DNA of 63,086 nucleotides, the filler included, from Phoronis australis (Eukaryota; Animalia; Phoronida): assembly GCA_002633005.1 (NCBI GenBank). It is 12 parts of 12 records of this genome, joined end to end, with 100 filler letters (N's around TTAATTAATTAA, not from the genome) between each part and the next. Parts side by side here need not be neighbours in the genome. Positions count along the whole stretch, not along the records: positions 26,209 to 42,453 come from NMRA01001513.1; positions 42,554 to 46,127 come from NMRA01002952.1; positions 46,228 to 53,580 come from NMRA01002030.1; 9 more parts are not named here. One strand, written 5' to 3'. The notes beneath the pieces were generated by a model, which had not been told where the DNA came from, ran no database searches, and worked only from the letters and a program-made list of their open reading frames with translations. The first letter of the stretch is position 1. Every line of letters starts with the position of its first letter. Positions 38,548-48,334 of this stretch are shown piece after piece. The translations under genes were made by a program, and so were the position numbers.

Positions 38548-39600
38548 TAGGCCTACAGCAGGGCAACATGCATTTGTTTTGTTCTAGATCTAATTCTGTG
38601 ATTCAGTGTTCATTGAAAATGGGTGACAAGCCAATTCGTGTCGTCATTGAGTTTGGAAACGATTAATTATAGTCTATGATGTTCAGTGGCTGATGTATGC
38701 GCGCACCCAGTGGGCAAAAACGTAAGGGGGTTCGAAAATTTTTCGACATGCGGACCTTTTACTGAAAAAAATCAATGAGTACTAAAAAAAAACGGGGTCA
38801 CTAGATTCATGCCTACGAATTGTGCATCTGTGCCGAATTCCTGTGGACTTTTGTCTCTTTTGCTTGGACTTTTTGTTTCATTGAGGTGGACTGTTTTGCC
38901 CATTTCGCCCCCTGGCCTGGGTGTGCCCATGTGATGCCAGTGGTGGTTGATGAGGCGTAATGATCCAACACTCTGGCCACCAGTACCCTACCCTCTGGCA
39001 CAGTGCTACCTATAATGAAAAGTGCATGGCCCTGTGGAATCATAAGACTCACAGAATTCCATGCTTGTGTGGGCGTTAAGCCACTGGATCGGGGTTCTCT
39101 ATTGTTTACTTCGATCACTGCTGTTTAAATAAATTGCAAATATTGGAGTCAAAGGTGGTCGCCTATCATACTACGTAACAGTAAATTGAAAGGGACTTCC
39201 CAGATTCCAACCAGTGGGAATGACGGAATGTTTTGACGATGTCGGCTTCATCACTTAAACCAATGAGAAGCCATATGTTAAACAACATATTCCACAGTGC
39301 TTCTTTTCATAGCACTGTTAAAGAACTGTAACAGCCCCTGGGTTCAATAACGCAATAATGCTAGAAAAGCAAGATCCCATGAGATATTGTATATTTTCGA
39401 TGAGACCTCATAACTTCGGGCTAGATTTTCTGGCCATGAAGTAAGTAAAAATCTTATTTAAAGTCAGTTGTGGGTAGTAACACAGGAACAGTAGTATGAA
39501 GCCAGAAATTGACTATTCCTTATTACACAGCAAAACTATGAGGCTAAAGGTATTCAACACACGAGCTATGAACAAGACTGCAGATAAGAATGAGAAAAAG

Positions 39601-39644
39601 ACACACACACGCACGCACGCACACACACACACACACACACACAC
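39601..39644. repeat. (CA)n / (CACG)n microsatellite
   Basis: Directly visible. Confidence 0.95.
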
Positions 39645-40154
39645 ATGATGCTTATTGTGGTATACATGTAACACAACCCAACTACAGTTGCCACAAAATG
39701 ATGATCTGTGTAATACACAATGAAAAGATAATGTAATTACAACTAGTATCACATTCATTACACTGGGATACACAAGACTGCACAGAGATACTACTTAAAC
39801 ATTAATTGCAATTGCTAAGGTAAATATGTACAACAGTCGCAATATGTGCAGTCACAAGAATATGCACCAAAATAGATCACAAGATTGTTTTTGTGATCAC
39901 CAACAGTCCTGCATGTCTTCAGGCCTCTTGCCCATTCATTCCTTGATTCGTAAGTGAGTTATAACCTTGCAGTTTTGTGTTATACTCATCAGAAATTTCA
40001 AAAGTTAAAGTTTTCCTCGAACCATATTATCATTCTTATTTTGCCAAGGCAGGATGGACCAATGTTGTTTACAGCTCTAAAAACTTCAAGACACAATTTT
40101 TGTTTCAGTGAAGCAATGAGAGAGATACTCTTTGCTTTTTCTAGTAAACTTAAG

Positions 40155-41500
40155 AAGGTTTTTTACCAAATTGATGGTATAGCAATACTTTCACCTTTGG
40201 CTCCCATACTTGCTGGCATGTTTTTAGGTCAACATGAGAAAACAAATTTTTGTTTCAGTGAAGCGATGAGAGGGATGCTCTTTGCTTTTTCTAGTAAACT
40301 TAAGAAGTTTTTAACCAAATCAGGTATAGCAATGGCTTCACCTTTGGCTCCCATACTAGCTGATACGTTTTTAGGTCACCATGAGAAAACATGGATTGAG
40401 ACATACACTGGTCCTCACATCTATTTCTATCGACGATATGTAGATGATGTGTTTTGTATATTTGAAAATCAGCAGTCAGACCAAGAATTTTTGGTGTATG
40501 TAAACTCTAGGCATCCTAATTTGAAATTCAGTATAGAATTAGAGGTCGATAACATTGTACCATTTCTGGACGTGTTAGTGGAGCGTGAGGGTACCTCAGT
40601 GATAACATCAGTATTTCATAAGAAGACCTACACAGGACTGTACACTTGTTTTCATAGCTTCACATCCTTCGTTTATAAGCTAGGTCTCATTCAAACTCAA
40701 ATAGACAGGGTATATCGCATTAACAACACTTGGCCTAGATTTGATTGTAATATTAAAGAACTTACAACGAATTTGCAAAAGAATGGCTATCCCCTAGAAT
40801 TAGTCAATAGTGTACTGAAAGCAAGACTCCAACGTAACCCTGATGATGTTCATCCTGTAGACAAAACTAACTACAAGTACTTTAAAATACCCTATGTTGG
40901 GTTTTACGCCAAAATTGCTCAACAAAAACTCAACAAATTGATGAATGATTTCTGTGTAAACTTAAGAGGTGTATTAACATTCAAGTCTCTAAAACTGTCG
41001 AATTTATTTAACCCTAAGGACAAAATTTCTATGGGTCTATGGTCCAAGGTAGTATACAAATTTATCTGTGCTGGATGTGGCTCCAGTTATATAGGCGAAA
41101 CTGTTCGCCATTTGAAAACCAGGACCAAGGAACATCTAAATTCTGACAGCAATTCACATGTAAATATTCACCTACAGAGCTCCAATCATTGTTATCAGCA
41201 GTACTCTTTCAATGACTTTGCAATAACAGACCAGGCAGTAACAACAAAGGAGCTTAAAATTCATGAGGCTTTACACATCAGTTGGTGCAAGCCCAATCTC
41301 AATAGGCGACTGACACACTACAGGTTGTCATTGTTGGTCTAGTTCATTGTCACTCCCAGTAACTGACTGTATCTGTGCTTCATTACTTGTTGCTGGGCCT
41401 AGCTAGGTGGCCACTGTATTATCACTTCTGAGGATGGTGTTAAATAAATAACACGAAACATGTCAAGTCTTAAAACTGTTGTTGTTTTCTTGAATATAAA
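40155..41500 (+). mobile_element. 5'-truncated Penelope-like retroelement (RT plus GIY-YIG endonuclease; ORF ends 41342)
   Basis: GIAMASPLAPILAD, RYVDDVF, PFLDV, then VVYKFICAGCGSSYIGETVRHLKTRTKEH..IHEALHI..KPNLN; open frame to the natural stop. Confidence 0.95.
41424..41468 (+). ncRNA. Minimal type I hammerhead ribozyme in the Penelope 3' region
   Basis: ACTT-CTGAGGA-TG-GTGTTA(AATAAA)TAACAC-GAAA-CAT-GTC-AAGT: core boxes, stem II, palindromic ACATGT stem III and ACTT/AAGT stem I. Confidence 0.85.
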
Positions 41501-41559
41501 CTTAACTAAGATGTCAAGTCGAGAAAAAGACGTAAACGTTATAGGACACAAACATGTCT

Positions 41560-41770
41560 GGATACCCTTTTCCTTAATGTAATTGACATGCTTGGAGAAG
41601 GTAAGCGACTCATCAAGGTAGATGCCTAAAAGCTTGACCTTGCTTTCCCAATGAATTTCAAAGTTGCTAACAGTGAGTTCTTTCTTCCCCATTGAGCCCT
41701 TTCCTTCAGAAAATAATGCTTCAAATTTTCAAGGATTTGCTAACATATTATTGTCATCAAACCATACTGG
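41560..41770 (-). mobile_element. LINE (CR1/L2-group-like) RT C-terminal fragment
   Basis: WYDDNNMLANP.KF.. and KVKLLGIYLDESLTFSKHVNYIKEK; degenerate. Confidence 0.75.
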
Positions 41771-42356
41771 TACATTTTATATGAAGCAGTAAGGGTTCTT
41801 ATATGATTACCTTCCTGCCCTTATGCATCGTGCAGAATTGCACATTCAGCCCATACTTTCAGTATGCATACATTATATCTGTTCACATACTGAATTACAT
41901 CCCATCAGAGACCACAAGCAGTTTGGGAATGCTCTCCATGATCCTAGTAATAATAAGGGCTTCCACTCCATCTGTTGAGGCTAGTAAGTAAGAGTTCTGG
42001 TGTAGGTCCACTATTAGGGTTGTCAAGACAAATATGTACTTAGTCCGTGTTCTTTCCAAAGTTGAATGAATGTCATTGCTGAGCGAAAGTTAATTTTTAT
42101 GTATATTATATTTAGAAACCTAATTGTTCTTCACAAAGTCATTGACAACTTCATTATGCATATTTAAAGGGATAGTAAATCCTTTTTTGATGATTTCAAC
42201 TAATCCTTGTTCTGTCACCTGCTAATGGATCATTGGCGTCAATCTTGAAATCATTAAATAAAAGCAGGAAATGACTAAAAGCCGTACTCCCTGTCACAGA
42301 TTGAATTTTATGGTTTTTGGTGAGTGGTCTTCCCCCACAGTTGCCCTGTAGTTCAT

Positions 42357-42453
42357 AAAAGCATGGGTCTTGCTTGCCCATTGTGCAGACTTCAAAAGCA
42401 TGGGTCATGCTTGCCCATTGAGCAGACTTCAAAAGCATGGGTCTTGCTTGCCC
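42357..42453. repeat. 37-bp tandem repeat running into the gap
   Basis: AAAAGCATGGGTC(T/A)TGCTTGCCCATTG(T/A)GCAGACTTC, about 2.6 copies visible. Confidence 0.9.
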
Positions 42454-42691
42454 NNNNNNNNNNNNNNNNNNNNNNNNNNNNNNNNNNNNNNNNNNNNTTA
42501 ATTAATTAANNNNNNNNNNNNNNNNNNNNNNNNNNNNNNNNNNNNNNNNNNNNCTGAGCTCATCATGTCACGTTGTCACAACGGCGATGTGACGTCAGCA
42601 GCTGTAGAATGTAGGTCAAGGTGCTGGGTTAAGATTCAGTTCACACAAGAATGTCACATGACTGTAAGCAGCGCTGCCTGTTAGTAAAGCA

Positions 42692-42862
42692 TCATTGCAT
42701 CCAGTGCCATCTGTTTGCCGTAAAGGTTTTGGATGAGCGGGTACCTTTTGCGTCATCGCCTATATCCCATGACATCTCAAGCATGATGGGAAATACATTA
42801 TCAACTACAGAGGGCAGTGTTGGTAGATCAACTACCACAGGCGATATATTTGTGTTCCAAAC
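42692..42862 (-). CDS. Candidate terminal exon, unidentified
   Basis: Strong acceptor ttcttacag|VWNTNISPVVVDLPTLPSVVDNVFPIMLEMSW..WHWMQ*; the other two frames close early. Confidence 0.3.
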   Translation of the reverse strand, partial: VWNTNISPVVVDLPTLPSVVDNVFPIMLEMSWDIGDDAKGTRSSKTFTANRWHWMQ

Positions 42863-43110
42863 CTGTAAGAATCTGCACATTCTTGGAATATTCATACATC
42901 AGGAAGGCTAGTTTAAAAATCCCTAAATAGCGCAACAAAGTAGCAATCTAAGGGCAGTTCCACATGCCTATATCATCTATGTGCCAAATTTCATGAAAAT
43001 CAGTTGAGGACCTTTGAAGATACAGAGGCAAACGCAAAAATTGCCACTAGGAGGCACAGCGGTATTCGGGTTAGTCCAAAACTCGTCATCCTCTGTCATC
43101 AACCCCATAT

Positions 43111-43167
43111 ACAGGTGTATTCCTACGGGGACTATATGGCATATAGTCCCCGTAGGAATACACCTGT
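43111..43167. repeat. Perfect 57-bp palindrome (28-bp arms, 1-nt spacer)
   Basis: ACAGGTGTATTCCTACGGGGACTATATG-G-CATATAGTCCCCGTAGGAATACACCTGT. Confidence 0.97.
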
Positions 43168-44419
43168 CAAATTTCAATAAGATCCTACAAGGGGTTTAGG
43201 AGACACAGGCGCGGATGCCGGACACTCGGACAGCCAGACAAAGACGACGGCAATATGCAACACATATAAACATGCGGGCACGTAAAAACTACATTCTTAA
43301 TTTGAGTTTGTGTAGCAATTACATGCATCAAGTTTGAGTGCCAGAAAATTGAGCGGCAGCAGCTGGCCCATCCGTTTCATATGCTGGAAACTTTTCGGCG
43401 AATTATGCCTCACAATGACTAAAATATCAGTCACATTGTTATAAATACCTTTTGCGACTGGCACGCGCTGAGTTAAAATTAGATACTGATATGCCACGTG
43501 AAACAAAATAACTTACAAACAAATATAGCTACTCAAAATTTCATAACAATATTCCTCGGCTGCAGCATATTCGATGTTTTTCCGCTTTGAATTCTGCGCT
43601 TTCGACTTTCCAGTAATGTGATTGGACGACGCACTTCTGTGGTTTCTGAAACCGATAAGCTCATTGCCGAACGGNNNNNNNNNNNNNNNNNNNNNNNNNN
43701 NNNNNNNNNNNNNNNNNNNNNNNNNNNNNNNNNNNNNNNNNNNNNNNNNNNNNNNNNNNNNNNNNNNNNNNNNNNNNNNNNNNNNNNNNNNNNNNNNNNN
43801 NNNNNNNNNNNNNNNNNNNNNNNNNNNNNNNNNNNNNNNNNNNNNNNNNNNNNNNNNNNNNNNNNNNNNNNNNNNNNNNNNNNNNNNNNNNNNNNNNNNN
43901 NNNNNNNNNNNNNNNNNNNNNNNNNNNNNNNNNNNNNNNNNNNNNNNNNNNNNNNNNNNNNNNNNNNNNNNNNNNNNNNNNNNNNNNNNNNNNNNNNNNN
44001 NNNNNNNNNNNNNNNNNNNNNNNNNNNNNNNNNNNNNNNNNNNNNNNNNNNNNNNNNNNNNNNNNNNNNNNNNNNNNNNNNNNNNNNNNNNNNNNNNNNN
44101 NNNGCTATGTAATTATTCACTCGCTTACGTGCCGCTTAGGACGCGTGTCATTGACCACCGTTTTCGATGCTGTGGGTCTTGGAATCTGGGTTGTCTCAAC
44201 TCGCGAAGAAACTTGGAATTGAATAGGTCTATTCATGAAGGCCGGGAATCAGGCGATTTTTTTTTTGATTTTTTTTTGTGGTAAAGAATCGATTTTTGTG
44301 ATTCATTGGCCCTACGATCGATCACCCATGTATGTAACTTTTCTTTAACGGGGGATAATGATTTGCATGGACAGGTCTAAGTTTTAGTTTTCTCCAACAT
44401 ACCAACAAATTAGAATACA

Positions 44420-44584
44420 CAGTGCCGTAGTGGTAAAATTAGAGGTAAGTAGGCACCCAAAACCCATCGTATCACTTTAAGCACTGGGCGTAACTTACCG
44501 GCGATGCGTAGGCGCTATGACGTTCAAATGCCAAAAGGTGGTTGGCTGCTCCTACGTGCGTCTATACGCCTCACTACAGCACTG
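44420..44584 (-). mobile_element. hAT-type MITE, second copy of 12778-12923, inverted
   Basis: Same TIRs and interior; 8-bp TSD AGAATACA/ACAATACA (7/8 match). Confidence 0.88.
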
Positions 44585-47011
44585 ACAATACAACGTAAAA
44601 CATACTGTGTAAAGGTGAAAAGACTAGCATACCCAATAGTTTTCAAAATAATCATATGTTTCATTCGAATAGGCTCTAATCCACTGATTTTTAGCTAAAT
44701 CTTAACAAAAACTAGGTAGGTATTGTTTCGTGCGCGCGCGGAGTCGAAGTTGCGACAAGATACTGCTTAAGTCCAGTCACAAACAACAAACACCAAATGC
44801 ACATTCAAGTCTGACAAAAAATCGACTAAACTGACAAATTATTCTGGAAAAAATTATACGATTTTGGCAGAGTCTTGGAGACTTCTGTTGAAGTTTGTCT
44901 CGTATATTTTGATATCATTTGGTGCGTGTACCTTTAATTGCAACATCGCAACACCCCCAACTTTTACAGATATTCTGCTGCAGTGGGAGGTACTTTCTAT
45001 GACAACTCTGAGAAGATTCGATCTGATGCGTGTCGTGTAATAAATATTCTCATTTGAAAACCAATCTATCCCCCAACACATTTTTTATAGCGTTTGACAA
45101 ATGAAAATTGCAACAAATGGTCAATCTAAATGGTCAGTTAAGCCGTCACTCAAAGTCCTGGCGATAGGTCAATTGCCAGTGGGAGCTGAACGTAATAATA
45201 ATTTTTCTATGACAACACTGAAAAGATTCGATGGGATGTGTGTTGTGTAATGAATGATTCTCATTTGAAAAACTATCCCCCTACACACTTATTATAACCT
45301 TGGACAATTAAAGTGTTGCAACAAATCCTCAAATGGTGTAAAAAGTTTCGATGCTTTCTTTCTGTAAGCAAGAGCTTCGTGGAGCGTTGCAAATGCACCC
45401 ACGACCGCAAAGGAACTCCAAAGATAGAAGTAGGCGTAACTTAGGCCTACTTTTTGAGAAAAAAAAAACAAAATTTCTATTGAGAGGCACAGCAGCGGTC
45501 CAACTGATGTCGAGTGAATAGGAATACACACGCCAAATTGTGACCTTGCAAAGGGTTAAGTAGATACAACCACAGATGCCAACAAGAGCAACGCGGTGCG
45601 TTAAAATGTGCCCACAAAACGAACATTAAAATTAGCGCGTAAGTAAATAACGACATACCTACCCAACGTTTTGGTTTATTACTCTAAACCATTCTCAAGA
45701 AAACAGTTCACAGACTCCGGCAAAACAGGTGATACAGGTAGAGAAGAGACTGTACAGGTACACGTCCCATGAACGGAGTTTCGCCTTTTTCGCGCGAGAT
45801 TGGGACAATTACATAGTCAGCAATTTACCCTGTTTATTGGATAAAGTAAATATTTATGCGCTGAGGTTGGCCTACTTGTGAAATGTATCAAATAAACACA
45901 GAAAAATCAGGAACCCCAATTAGGAATCGACCCACAGGTCTCTAGATTGCTGGTCTAGTACTCTCGGGTAAATTGCTGATTATTAAATTTAACTTGTTAA
46001 ATGCATTTATCGTCATTATTTTGACACTTGTCTCTTTATTTTGAGACCAGCCCTTAGGGTTTATTTTGCATTACTCATCTCTATTTATAGCCTCTAGGGC
46101 CTACTTTTGTATTCATACGTTTCTCTANNNNNNNNNNNNNNNNNNNNNNNNNNNNNNNNNNNNNNNNNNNNTTAATTAATTAANNNNNNNNNNNNNNNNN
46201 NNNNNNNNNNNNNNNNNNNNNNNNNNNTAAATATTTTCCCTAGTAAAAATATTCAAAATATTTCATTAAAAGGTTTTTTGACTTCACGCCAGAAACCCAG
46301 AAACATCTATAGAACTCATAATTTAAACCGCCATTTCCTGGAGACGTTTTTTTCAAATTTCAAGGCATTCACCCGCGGTTAAAAAGTCATCCACTGAGTT
46401 GCTCAACATCACTTGGGGATTTTCTTTGTGATAGATATTGAAGTTAGAGTTTCCATTTGACAAACTGTGAAAACAATGGAGCAATAACTAGTTTAGTTAT
46501 TTATGATCATATTTGAGCAAGGTCTTTTATCAATTGCCGGTTTTAAATTCTCTTTTCCTGTGAAGCAAAAATGAGCTACTTTACAATTTCTCAGTTAAAG
46601 GATCTTACTTCTCGTCATTTGTAGGCGAACTTCGTGATTTTGTAATAATTGCACTTTAGTTTTTGCCTTTTCCAAATGATGAACAATTCTATCACCAACT
46701 CTACATTCATCCAATTCTGTCCAGTTAAGTCATTATACCTTTAACGCCATGGTCTTACTTTATTTGTTCATTAAGGCTCCATAGGGTCACAGCTTTATCC
46801 CCTGACTCGGGCGCTCACTTGCGCACTCTGAGTAGTACTTTTTATGAAAAATATTCAAGTTACCCACGTTTAATCTGGAAAACTACTTTGGACTGAGTAG
46901 GTGGGGCTTTGGTCCCCTTTTGCCCCACCGTGGCTACTCCAGTGCTTGCTAAAAGCACTTGTCAAGCGTACTTTGGGTTGGCTTTAATTAAAGAAACTTA
47001 GAGAAACATAC

Positions 47012-47938
47012 CAGGAGCGACCCAGAGAAATCCTTCCGTTTTTGTAAAACCAACCTTCCTATTGTCGTTTACATCAATTCCATGACATACTGGATCTTAG
47101 CAAAGTACACAAAATTTTTCACTTACCCTTGAATTCACGTTTTTACAAGAACTAATGAATACGAAATATTTCGACGTATACTGTAGAATTACGTAATTCA
47201 AGGTGCAATTAAAATTTCAACCAAATTAGAGTACATTGGGAGTTGAAAAAGATACCTCACGGTCCAATTTGTTTTTGAGAGTAATCTCCGCTTTCTGACT
47301 TCCTGCTGGTCCGCTTGGCGTTACTTTCAGGTAGTAATCGGCAGGCAACGTGACGGTACCCGATTTAAGAACAGGCACAATGGTGAACGTAAGTAAGTCT
47401 CCGTCTAGGTCCTCCGTAAAAATGTTGGAAATAGAGCTTCCTGGCCGTGCAAAAACAATTAAAATGAAAATGAGTTGAATTAGAGAGTTATCTGCAAGAG
47501 ATTCCATTCCTTCGTTATTTATTTTATTCAACGTGCTTAAAATTAATTACTCCAAATTGAGTCTAGATTGTTTGAACGTCTCCATTCACCATTAGGGCGA
47601 CGGTTTTTACCTACGAAGTATGCCTAATTATCATCATGTTGATTTACTTATTATTTCATTTCCAATTGCTTTGTGCCCTGTAGTCAACGAATATTTCTGT
47701 TCGGAACGTAGATTTTACTTATGGAAACACATTAACCTAGATGCACAAAGCAAATTGAGGTACTTTCAACTTTTTATGAACAAATCCTGACTTTTGATCA
47801 CGACGACCTCAGTTTGTTTTGCTCAATATTCCATGAATTTCGGACTAATGTTTATAATTTACTCACCCACGGGAAGATCTTCAGGTACAACCAAAAACCC
47901 AGGAAGGTTCACTACCCGTGGCGGGCTGTTGGCCACAA
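47012..47938 (-). CDS. Cadherin-superfamily gene, first extracellular repeat (exons 47938-47867, 47440-47256, 47180-47127, about 47095-47012); possibly a pseudogene
   Basis: NSPP..VPEDLPVG|SSI..EDLDGDLLTF..LKNKLDRE|..IDVNDN contains the PE, DxD, LDRE and DxNDN cadherin motifs. Confidence 0.8.
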
Positions 47939-48334
47939 CTAAAATAGAAAAATAGACAAAGCAACATGAACAGATGATTCAGTGGTGAATGCCGTAATCG
48001 TCTTTCTTACGGGCGTGCAAGTATTTGCAACGTCATCACGATTTTTATCTATTTTTGAATTGAAATTGATTACAATGACGTTGCCTAGCTTAGTGACTGA
48101 ACTTGGTTTCCTTTCCAGGCAACTATAAGTGGACCTGATCTGGAGCAAATAACGACCCAGTGTCCCATCTTATTAAGTTTAGTCGTCATTTCCTATCTGA
48201 GCAAGCATAAAGACGAGACCGTGGGTTTATATCAGAACGTGGCCTAAATCAGAAGTCGTTTTTTCGGCAGAAGGCTCTGATTCATTCTCCTTTTAAATTT
48301 TACAGCAGCGCCAGTCCGCCAGATGTCGTTTGGC

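Noticed and set aside
42357-42453. 37-bp partly palindromic repeats as a CRISPR array
   Set aside because: No unique spacers, head-to-tail units, eukaryotic context and no cas genes. The same applies to the repeats at 1306, 25881 and 60885.
31353-44284. Long ORFs in the track at 31353-31805 and 43533-44284
   Set aside because: Their length comes from runs of N.
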